A DNA stretch of 64,000 nt from Rotaria socialis (taxonomy: Eukaryota). Below the pieces are notes generated by a model. It did no database searches. It saw nothing but the letters and a program-made list of their open reading frames with translations, and was not told where the DNA came from. The stretch is from contig CAJNYD010000035.1 in assembly GCA_905331295.1 (NCBI GenBank), positions 62,001-126,000 on the forward strand. Reading direction: 5' to 3'. Positions 41,301 through 53,077 of the stretch are shown here, one piece after another; position 1 is the first letter of the stretch, and each line of letters begins with the position of its first letter. The position numbers were made by a program, and so were the translations under genes.

Positions 41301-41706
41301 ATGAGACTGGTTTATGTTTGACTTTAGTGAGTACGAGAAGGCTTACTTGATGATATCTTCTTCGTTTTATTCATTATGAATAAAATACACGATACGAATC
41401 TTTCCTCTACATGTATATGAATGCTTACAGAATCTATGATCACAAGAAACTATACTGTGATGTATATATCTTGTATTTTCTTAGTGTGTGCAGAAAGCAA
41501 TGAACCATGATATTTTGATTTTAGTCTATTCTTTGATATTGATATGTACATGTGTAGAAAAATACATCAGATATTTTATTGATTCATGATTATTACGTTT
41601 GTCAGCATGACAAAAAATCGCGATAAAAAGCTGACGTAGTTTAACTTTCATCTACCTTCACACCGATTAAAGAACACAGTGTTGAAAAGAAATAGATATA
41701 GATTAT

Positions 41707-43062
41707 TTATTCCTCCCGCCAAACACCACGCTTTGGATTATAGAATAAGTGCAAATCTTTTGTCGAATCTTTCAACGGCATTCGAACTGTATACATGGGT
41801 TCATTGTAATGACCTTGCCAATTCAATTCAATATAAACGTCCATTTTACCACTATTATCGTTCAATGTTATTCTATGCTCAATGAAATCGGAACCAATGA
41901 CCCGTTGTGATTGATATTTAGATGCAGTACCTTGCCGAACTAGTATTCTCGTCCCGGAGAATAGCGTATAGGGAATATCTTGATCAGGATCAAGACCCAT
42001 AATTGAAACTATTTGTTTTTTAATTGTAATGCGTACTCTGCGATGCAGTTCCCATTCAGGTATGGGAATATTTAATTTAGCCATCAATCCTTGCATAAGA
42101 TTGTCACATAACGAATGTACATTGAGAGTGGCCAATTCAAGTAATGGTGTTGGTTGTAAGTTGCCAATAATTAATTTGCCACCATTTTCACCGACTAGTT
42201 GTGGAATATCTGCCGCTGGTGTTACTCGTAATGAAGAGCCTAAAACAAGACAAACATCGGCTTTTCGTGCATGTTCAAAACTGTTTTCAAGATCTTGTTC
42301 AGGAAGATTCTCGCCAAAATTAATAATCGAATCGTACAGTGTCGCACGACATTTGGCACATTTACGAGTTGTTTGATGATCAAGAGCTTTCTTGGCTGTT
42401 CGTGTTTGATAATCACGTAAATATTTTGCGTGGCACTTTTTACATGTTTCTAAATTTGAATTACCATGTAGTTCGGCTATCGAAGTTGAAGGTAATCCAG
42501 ATCTGAGATGAAGGCCATCAATATTTTGGGAAACAACAAAATGAAGAAGTTTTCGACGCTCCAATTCGACAAGTGCCATATGTGTAACAGACGGCATTGC
42601 TTTTATTAAACTGACTGTACAAGCTTTTGGAGAACGTTTAGCACCTGGATGATCACGAAGTTCCCATACGCCCGGCCCTGTTGGTAGAATAGTATTCATA
42701 CTGGACCGAAAATCAGGAATACTAAATAGAAAATAGCAATACTGGTTAAACACAAAAGAAACACCATATTGGTTTGAGTCGTTCACTTATCAATAATTTC
42801 AAATGCTCAATTCATTTCTAAAAAATAGTCATATACCCTACCCTGTAGATGTCGATATGCCTGCACCTATAAAAAAAGAAAGGTTAAAATATTTCGATCC
42901 ATTTACTTAACTGTAACACTTCTTAAATTTACCTGTGAACACAATAAAATGCTTAGCATTTCGAACCCATTCGGCCAGTTGCTCAAGTTTTTGATCAAGA
43001 ATCTCTGGTGAATCGATGATTTCTTTTTTTGTAGGATCTTCATCTGCTATGCCATGCGCCAT
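41707..43062 (-). CDS. NAD-dependent deacylase, class IV (SIRT6/7-like) sirtuin, 3 exons
   Basis: MAHGIADEDPTKKE...HFIVFTG/AGISTSTG/IPDFRSSMNTILPTGPGVWE; SQNIDGLH; ELHGN; Zn-binding CxxC pairs; LGSSLRVTPA; C-terminal extension with WQGHYNEP. The ORF-track start at 42786 lies in an intron. Confidence 0.93.
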
Positions 43063-44261
43063 TTTCTAGTGATTGTTTAATCTAATTTGAAGAGAGAAAA
43101 AATAAATCTTTTTGACTCATATATATATATATGTCTTTAGTAACTATGTAGATGTATACATTTGGCAACTATTCAAACAAAGCGTTGACGCATCGGAAGC
43201 AAAAATAGTGCAAGAATGAAATTTCATCAATAAAATATATTGTTTATATTTTCGACCCTATTTTCCACATACTTGTAAATAAGATTTGCAACAGCTCCGA
43301 TAGCCTATGACATCGTAGCTCATCAGAGGAGAAGAAAACAACAAATTTGCTATACACTGCCATGTAACACCTATAACAAAACAGAACGAAAGAAGGAAAA
43401 ACAATAATGTATTAACAGCATTAAAGCACGTGTAAAGGTGCTTACAAAGCTTCTAGTAAAATTAAACTTGAAACCAGCATCACTGATGAAGCTGATCAAA
43501 AAATCAAACAAAAGATTGATGAAGAATCAACAACAAACATGGATGATATTCAATATCACTTTATTCGCACATCAGTTGGGTGTGGAATTACGAGTATTTT
43601 GCTTTTTAAATTAGAAATTTAAAAATTTTTCTCGTCTTTTTTAAATATCGCAAAACAAAACTATTTTTCAAGTTTAAATGAATAGTCGTCTCTTGAATTA
43701 TGCGGGAACAATGCTTAGGCATCTCATATAATTTCGCTGCGAAACATCTACGTTTAATTGGTAATAAGATGATAATATTTTATGACACATCCACGTCACA
43801 CGTATGCCCTCTTCATATAGATGGTTCTGTAATACTAACATCCTATTAGTATAAATTTCGTCCACTAGATTTCTTTCCTTATGATTGATTGACCAGAATA
43901 TGAATATTAACTTAATCATCATAAAATAAAATTTGTGCTCTTATCAATATTCTAATTAATTCTAATTCACTGAAAGTTGAAATGAATCTTTTATTTGTTA
44001 ACTAAAAATGAATGCTTTTAATTCGTCTATCAAAACAGTATTTAGAGCAAAAAATCGATGCTTATGTCCTTGTCGAAAAAAATATATAGTATTGTTGTAT
44101 AATTATAGTATGTTTCTCTACCTTCCATGATCAATCAAACAATTATGCACCCTCAATATTTAGGAAAATATTTACTCATTCAATATTTGATTTTAGAAAC
44201 ACAAATGAAATAGCATTTTTTCGATCTTTAGATAAAATTTTCTTCTTTTGGTTTTAGATAA

Positions 44262-46290
44262 ATGATTCGAAATTCTATTATTAATCATTCTCGATGGTTC
44301 TTATTTCCATCGTTTTTTGTTCGTTATCTTAGCAATCAGAATCGATCAATAGTAAAAAATTTCGATAAAAAATTGTTCGATTATTTTTATGCATGTCGCC
44401 TTAAGGAATTCAATAATAATCGAGAACAAATGTCAGATCATATTCGTACACATATTGAATCTATATTAAAAACTTCGTCTGCTCTAAATTATTTAATTAG
44501 CTTAAATTCTACAAATCAACAACAGCTCTTATCACTAACCATATCGATTGAACAACTTCGTGATATACTTTTTTTTGCCTATGAACATAACATTAAACTT
44601 AATTTAATAGTAAAACATTTAATTCAATGTGTTTCATCGAATGCGAATCATAAATTGGATTCTAATCTGTTCATTGAACTTATGAATCTACTTGTTCTTC
44701 ATCAACAAAAATATTATGATATTACAACAAAAGATCCGAATGAAATATTACAAAAATTTATTAACCATTTAGAATTGAGTTTAACTAAAGATCAAATTAA
44801 AACAATTTCATTGACTGATCTTAGTCTCCTTTGTTCAGCTATGTATCGTTTACAAATATCATTGAAAAATGTTAATCTGCTCGATTATATTGCTCAATAT
44901 TTAATTGATGATGAAAAGAAAAAATCTCTCTCTGCAGTTGATAAACAAAATTTTATCAAAATGTTAACCTTATCAAATTATGGAGAAAAAACTGTAGCTG
45001 AATCATTAGCAAATCGATTCAATCAATCATTTGAACAACATATGCGACCGAATTTACACTTGTTGAGTTATGAAATCGTTCGAATGACAATGCGTATTGG
45101 AATTTATTTTTCTATGTTTCGTTTTTATTCCGATCGATTTTTTGAAAACTGTTGGAAATTAATCGAATTAGAATCGAATTCATCGATGCCATCATATCGT
45201 GCTAAAGATATTATTCAAATAATGAATACATTGATTTACATGGGTTATATACGAAAAACAAGTTTAAAATATCTCGATCTGATTCGTACTCATCAACAAA
45301 TGAATCAATTTAATGACAAATCAGAACGTCTCGTTGATGTCCTTGCACCTTTGGCAATGATTAATTGTTTTCCAGAGGATTTATTAGAACAACTGTTTAC
45401 CAAGGAGAATTTAAATCGATTGACCGGTAAGATTTTTTCAGTAAAAGAGATAGTGGAATTTTACCATGTAAATCATCTTCGTGTTTTTTGTTTTTGTTTT
45501 TTAGAATCACGAATGAAAGAGAAGTTGTTCTTTATTTCTCAATCATATAGAATTGTTTGTGCATCATCACAACGATCACTTCTTGATCAGGTTTGAAATT
45601 ATATAAATAAACAAAATCAATCGATTTCATATATTATTTTCAGTAGAATTATCTTAAAACATTGCCACATCATTTATTTGGCTCGTGGGAAATAGAAAAA
45701 CGAAAACGACCTTATTTTTCTATTGTAATGCAACGATTATTAGAATGTGTACCTGATCGGCTCTGTGTAAAAAGCGCTTTTCTATTGAAACATTTCAAAA
45801 GTCCAGGTATATAAATGAGAATAGCAGAGATTTGAAAAAGTTCTAAAATAAAATTTTTCAGACATTATTATCTGCCTCAATGCTAAACAACAACCACAAA
45901 TCATTCCAAATGGAACAATGAAGAATATTTCTACTTTCACAGAAGATGATTGTTCAGTGTAAGTTATATAAAATTTTGTTTTGGAAATTAAAAAATATTC
46001 TTTTTGTAGATTCGCACTTCAGGTCCTTAGTGAAGAAGAATTATGTACCAATGAATCATTTCGACCTCTTGGTTTATTCTATTCGAAAGCTCATCAATTG
46101 AAAAAATTAAAATACATACCGGTTATTGTAAGAATATCGCTTTCTTTGTTTTTGCAGCACTTTTTCTATGTCTGTTCAGGTCTATCCCAATGATTCGTTG
46201 CATCAAATAAAAACAAAAAATGAAGTATTTGAATGGATTGTGCAGCGTGCACAAAAAACAGAATTATTGTTAAATGAAAACTTGTTATAA
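44262..46290 (+). CDS. FAST kinase domain (FASTKD)/RAP-domain mitochondrial RNA-binding protein, multi-exon
   Basis: Arg/Ser/Phe-rich, acid-free N-terminus (presequence-like); helical Leu-rich body; RAP-like C-terminus FALQVLSEEELCTN...PLGLFYSKAHQLKKLKYIPVIV. Stop TAA at 46288-46290. Confidence 0.7.
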
Positions 46291-46385
46291 ATCATGATTA
46301 GAAGATTTTGCTTCAGAGGCAATAAGCGACAAGCAAATTATTTTTCTTTTCAAGTTTTAGATAAGAATTTCAATAAAATGAAGAC

Positions 46386-49300
46386 ATGATGTCATCGAAA
46401 AGTGAATTAACAAAAACAATCGAAAGTCAGCAAGCACAAATAGTGCGCCTTGAAAAACGTTTTACTGGTCGGTGACTATCATTTCGATTCTTTACGAATA
46501 CTAATTTTGTTATTTTGCAGATGTTGTTACTGCTTATAAAAATTTAAAAAAAGAAAAAGATGCACTCGAATCAACTGTTCGAGTACTATCATCGACATCA
46601 GCACCCACAACCACAACTGGAGATGCAGCAGCTTCAGAAAATGAATCAAATTTAAGTACAAAAGAGGTATCAAATAACATTTATTTATCTTGAAAATTTA
46701 ATGGTGTTATAAATCCAGGACAATGAATCTGGTAGTGAAGCAGAAACGACACGTGCATCATCTGAACAACAGATATTTCAAGGAAAACTTAATACATTAC
46801 AACAAAATGTCTCAATTCTCGCAGAACAAAAGCAGCGTATGGAACAAATGTTTCAATCCGACAAACGCAAAATTAGGGTTTGATTACGTCAACTATTGTA
46901 ATCATTACGTTTCTCAGTGGTATATTTAGGCTGAAAACGACGAATTGAAAAAATCACTCGAAGAAGCAAAAGCAGAAAATATTATCAATAAAGAAAAATA
47001 CGACAATGAAATTAAAGAAGTTGTTATAAAAATAAATTCGCTAATAATTAACTATTCTTAATTTCAGTTGAAAAAATTACTACGCCAATCTCAACGTGAT
47101 CATGAACGTGAAGCAGCCGATTATGGTGTTATGATGCGCGAATTACAAACAAATCTCTCAACGGAACGTAATAAATCAGAAACAATGGAACATCAAGTAA
47201 ATTATTTATTTCATTTCAAACAAACAATATATGTATCTCTTTTTGAAATTAGTTTGAAGAATGTCGTGCAAAAGTCGTGACTCTTGAAAGTCAATTGGAT
47301 ACAGTAAGAAAACAATTGCAGAATTTAAACAACCAACATCAGACAAAATTAAATGAATTCAAAGAAAAAGATTCGTAAGTTTCCGCGAAAAAAATTCTCT
47401 TGCAGTTCATGTTTTTTTCTAAAATATTTTCAACAGAATTGATCTCGAAGAATTGAAACGCTTGAAAGAAAATATTGTTCAATTGACATCAAAAACAAAA
47501 GATATGGAAGTAAGTTACGTTTTGTCGAGTCTTACAGGCTATTCTCAAAATATTCAAATGATTTATGCTTTTGTAGATTAAACATGCTGAGCAATTACAA
47601 GTCGAATCTAAACGAAATCAACAATTAGAAAAAAAATTAGCTGATACACTCAGTGAAAATGCCCAAAGAATGTCAACAAATGAAATACATATTGCTGAAT
47701 TATCCGAACAGATTGGTCTTATTGAAAAACAACGGTAACTTCGTCTAGAGTTTTTTTTTAGAAAAAAAACATTAACAATAGTAAATCTTTCTTTCAGTGC
47801 ACAAGATCAAATGTCCATTCAACGGTTAAAAGAACGAATAGCTCAACTTGATGTTGAAAATGCTCTATTGGCAAAAGCTTCATCGTCATCAATTGAACAT
47901 GATATTACTGATCAAACAAATGATGATGATAATCCTCAAGATTTGGATACATTATTGCAACGTATTGCTAAATTAAAAGTTTTAATACGAACTGCAAATG
48001 ATCGCTTTGGTAAATCTTTAACAATTGAAGGTAAAAAAACGTGATGAAAACAAGGAACAAACGATGTTTTTATATTTTCTAAAAAGATATTCTTAACATT
48101 GACCGTGAAATGTCGTCGCCATCCACAACAACAACAACAAATAATAATGGAATAAGTTTATCTCCAGAAAATAATAAAATCCTGCATAGTAAATGTTACG
48201 AAGAAATTGATCGACTTAAAAGTGAATTAGAAAAATATCGAAGTAAAACTGTTGCTGTATTTAAAGCAAAAAGTCTTAAGGTATTGTAACACAGAAAAAA
48301 AATATTTGAAGCTAAATTTTCTTTCGTGATTAAGAAATCATTCAACCATATCGATCAATAAAAATAATTCATAAAATATATACTCATGAGTTCTGATACA
48401 TAGCTAATGATATGTTATTAGCGGAATCAGAGCCCTGAATTTATCTATATCTCGTTGAGGAAAAGTTTTTGAAGTCTAACTAAAGCCTACCTTCCAAAAT
48501 TGACACCTATTCACGTTTATAAGTGAGAAAAAAACAGAAAATCTTCTCGATATAGACACATGATTTTAATAGGATCGTATCGAAAGAGGTTCACTACTTA
48601 AAATATCTATTTATTTCAAGGATACAAATTCTACAAAAGAAATCGATGATCTGCGCAATCAAATCGATCAATTACGTGAAAAACTGGCCCACAGCCAAGC
48701 ATTATATAATTGTGAAAATGATCGTCATGTACAAGTTGTTGAAAAACTTGAAGCCTGCTTAAGTAATATTCAAAAACAGCACCGTCAAGAAATGGAACAT
48801 ATCTTGAGTAAAAAACGTGTAGAATTAAACGAACTCGAAAGTGAATTAGACAAGCAACGTGAACGTACCATACGTTTATTGAGTGAAAAAGATCGCGAAT
48901 TAGAAGCTGTGAGAAAACAAATTCAACCGACAGCAATTATCGATAATAAAACTTCTCATTCATCATCAGATATTCAATCCATTGATGAAGCGCCAACTAT
49001 AATAAATGAATTATTTTCTCGTCATCATCATCATTCTTCATCGACGATAGGCGGTCCCATCAGTCCGATACATGCAGATAATAATAATCTTCTATATTTT
49101 ATTCAAGAACAACAATTACGTGAACAAGAAGTCTCATCGTTAAGAAAACAACGTCATGAACTTGAAGTAACAATACGTGATTTGCATAATAAATATTCAT
49201 TTGAAATCAATCAATTGCAAACAACAATTGAAAAATTAAACGACGATCTAGAACATATGAAATTAAGTACACAACGAAACGAATTATTGACTAAAAATGA

Positions 49301-49487
49301 GCATAATATTGATTACATAAAAAATGTTTTCTACCATTATTTACTTGCAAATGACACACAAGTAAAGCATACAATGGCAAATGCACTAATGACTATTTTA
49401 CATTTTTCAATCAAAGAAAAAGCTAAAGTTGAAAGTCTAAAACATACGAGTAGTTTAACAAGTGGTGGTTGGTTCAATTATAAATAA
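46386..49487 (+). CDS. GCC1: GRIP and coiled-coil domain golgin (GCC88), multi-exon
   Basis: N-terminus SKSELTKTIESQ...DVVTAYKNLKKEKDALESTVRVLS; QQRMEQMFQSDKRK; QRLKERIAQLDVEN; QRERTIRLLSEKDRELE; C-terminal GRIP NIDYIKNVFYHYL...ALMTILHFS. Confidence 0.92.
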
Positions 49488-49575
49488 ATAAATAAATAAG
49501 TTTTTCTCTACATTTTTCTTTTCGATGTCTATTCTGCATTCCATAATTAAAATAAATAATTCTTATTTTCAGATT

Positions 49576-50963
49576 ATGCTTTTTCGATTTCGGTTTCCTT
49601 TGATAAAATTTTGCAGAACCTATTCTACGAAACATGAACCTATACATCGAATTATTTATTCATCATCGACAAATATTTGGTTCAATTTAGCAACAGAAGA
49701 ATGGCTATCGAAGACAATTAAACCCAATGAACATATTTTATTTCTTTGGCAAAATGATAAATGTGCTATTATCGGACGAAATCAAAATCCTTGGGTAGAG
49801 ATTTTATTTCTTCTAATAGGAATAAGAAATTTTTAATAGTTTTTAGAAAGAATGTTTTCTGGAACGAATGAACGATGATGGCGTGTTATTAGCACGACGA
49901 CGATCCGGTGGTGGTAAGTTTTCACGAGAAACTTTAAAATAGAATCCAGTACAATGTGTTATTCATAAGAATCAGGCAGCACTAAATTAGAAGTCTTTTG
50001 ATTTATAGCTATTAAGCAGTCTACTCCTGTTGAAGGTAAAAATTAATGTTTTTCGTACTGAATGAGAACTTTAATTCAGATGGCGCGACTTTCTAATTGA
50101 TTCCCATAGTCTGTTCATGGAAATAAAATTCATCTGATTTCTTCTTGTTTTTCGCAGGTGCCGTCTATCAAGATTTAGGCAATACATGTTTTACATTTCT
50201 TATCTCACAAGCTCATCATCGATTAGATAAAAATCTCAATTCAGAAATTCTTCTTGACGCTCTACAATCGTCATTTAATATTGAAGGTCATATTCATGGT
50301 CGAAATGATCTTGTTTATGGTCCGGATAAACGTAAATTTTCTGGTTCTGCTTATCAAAATACGAATAAATTTGCTCTTCATCATGGCACATTAATAACTG
50401 ACGTCGATACTAATGCTATGAAAAAATATTTAAATCCAAATAAAGAAAAATTAATATCGAAAGGTGTTGATTCCGTTCAAGCACGTGTGATTAATTTATG
50501 CGAAGTCAATCGATCTCTAAATCATAAAGATCTGTGTTTAGCTATTGAAGAATCTTATCGGCAAACATATTCAAAATATAAAATTCAATCAGCTGAAATT
50601 CTATCGCGGGAAACGCTCGACTTAATACCTGACTTGAATGCATCATATGAACTGTTTAGTGACTCACAATGGCGTTTTGGTCAAACATTTTCTTTTACGC
50701 ATGAATATGAAAAACGTTTTCCATGGGGAACTATATCAATTGGAATTATATCTCAACGAGATGGACTTATTCATACATGTGAAATCTATTCGGATGCATT
50801 GTATGTGAATATGATCAATCGTTTAAAAGATAATCTCGTTGGGAAAATGTATACGGGTGAAAGTATTCGGAATGTTTGTCAACAAACACAAAAACAAGTT
50901 GAAACGGACCAAGAAAAAGCAATGATAGATGATATACAGTCATGGATTCTAACACAAATTTAA
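49576..50963 (+). CDS. lplA: Lipoate-protein ligase A-like enzyme with a putative mitochondrial presequence, 3 exons
   Basis: [91 protein letters not shown], plus C-terminal domain WRFGQT...RFPWG. Confidence 0.93.
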
Positions 50964-51358
50964 TTGATAGAACAGCATCTTTTCTTTTTTGTTCCAGCGC
51001 TACACTTTTGATGGTCAGAGGAGATTTCTAACCAGCCCAAAAGTCAGCAATGATCCATTTGAAAACCTGAAATTCTCGTTGAATGTTCATTCTATACGCA
51101 TAAAACTGTTTTTTTTCCTTAAAAATCGATGTCACAATCTAGGATCTCCGAATAAAAGTGTTAAGGAAAATATTTTTAATTCCAACAGTTCTGGAAAAAA
51201 TATTTGTGAATTTTCATTTATTTAGAATCCAAACTTATATCAACTTTAAAAGATCACTCTGATTATCTATTGATCATTTCATTTTAGTGATTTAAAACTA
51301 AACATAAATGCTAAATAACAGAAAAACGAGAGTTATTCATCAGTGTAAAAGCAATTTT

Positions 51359-52329
51359 TTATTTCAAATATGGTGTGTATTGTGGTCGATATTTAATTTC
51401 TGTAGGACAGACATTATAGGGTGTTCGTAAAATATAAAGGACACCTTCAGCAATATCTTCTGGTTGAACGCATTTATCTAAATTTAATTTGTATCTGCCA
51501 TCATCAAGCATTGGAGTATTGACAAAACCAGGCATAATAGAACATACTTTAATACCATATTCACGAACATCTATACGACAGAAAACCGCTAATAGAATAA
51601 AAAAAACAAATAGTTCTCTATCAAACCTTCATAAATCGAACCAAGAAACCCATTAAGTCCCCATTTACTAGCATAATATTGAGCTAGTTTCCCATTAGTC
51701 ATCTGAAAACATTATATCGATGGAATGTCAAATAATTATTTAACTGATTGAAAAATCCGCCTCAATATTCACTATTTTTTTGTTTTACTAACCGTTGCTG
51801 CTATGGATGATATAGCAATCACTGCACTGTGTTTACATTCTTTCATCATTGGTAAACATCTTCCTGTCATTCGCATTAAACTTAATAAATTCACTGTCAT
51901 GACTTCATCCCACATATCTACCACATCTTTTCCTGATGGTGTTTTTTCTTCGATAGAAGAAATACTCTCACCAAATATGCCAGCATTATTTATAAGAATA
52001 TCTAATTTATTTTGAAATATTTGACCGATTTCTTTACATGCATCTTCCACTGATTGTTTCGATGACATATCACAGATAATAACGTGAGCTTTCACGGCAT
52101 GTTTTGAACATTCAGTAGCTAAACTTTCCAGAGCATCACGAGAACGAGCTAACAAAACAACGTTACAACTAAAAGTATTTGAATAACAAAGCAGAAATTT
52201 TAAATATAAATAATTTTACCCTTCTTTAGCCAAAGTTAATGCTACCACTTTACCGATGCCACTACTAGCACCAGTTATGACAGCATTTTTCCCATGTAAA
52301 TCCATTGTACCCCTATATTCTCCAGTCAT
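51359..52329 (-). CDS. Classical short-chain dehydrogenase/reductase, copy 1, 4 exons
   Basis: VITGASSGIG, LINNAG, ISSIAA, YYASK, IMPGFVNTPM, QPEDIA. Alternative ATG at 52305. Confidence 0.93.
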
Positions 52330-52922
52330 AATTATCTAGTGCTTATTGGAAGAGATAAGAAAATTGTTTCTAAACACAAGGTGCGATAATGTGACTCATC
52401 GAAATGAAAATTTCTATTGGTTTCTCAAAGAAGCCATTGATAATAAACTTCAAAAATAGTGCAGCGAGTAGCAAAAATCGCACTGATATCGAAATATAGA
52501 AGGATTTATTTTGTGGTGGGAGTTATAAGAACTTGACTATTAATAATGATTCACTCGTTCGACTCCGTCTCTCATAGGTAAAGCGATGGCTAGCGAAGAA
52601 ATTTTTTATGTGCTTCATATTGATAGATAAAAAGTTTTCAAACAAATCATAAATATATTATATTCGTGTTGATAAAAGCTATCTTAAGAACATGGTAGCG
52701 ACTATATTGCACCATATCAACCAATACTGTGTGTATGGTTTTGTCACTGGTGAGAACATTTTCCAATAAACATGTGAGCTGGTTTGTAACATATTTTTTC
52801 TTCCTACTTTTTTTTATTGAATTATGCTCTCATTCTGGCGTATGCATATTTCACTATGTACTGTTATGTACACGTAGTCGCCATTGAAAAGTCTTTTTTT
52901 CAACTGTCCGATCTATACTGTA

Positions 52923-52993
52923 TAGGGATGCAACGCAGGCGGTGAATCGGGGGTTACTGGTATGGACCGGCGATCATCCCTATTGCATCCAAA
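52923..52993. mobile_element. Tiny hAT-like remnant
   Basis: tagggatgcaa / ttgcatccaaa termini (same tagggatgca start as the 32633 element); imperfect 8-bp flanks atactgta / gtactgca. Confidence 0.4.
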
Positions 52994-53077
52994 GTACTGC
53001 ACACTACTCCCACTTTTATTATTATCTTGTTATAGTATGACTTAAATTAATGAGAATGAGAATTATTTTAGAATATA

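Noticed and set aside
43480..43520. Other CTGATGA occurrences (here, ~16401, ~55910) as hammerheads
   Set aside because: No helix II hairpin followed by GAAA, and no helix I pairing.
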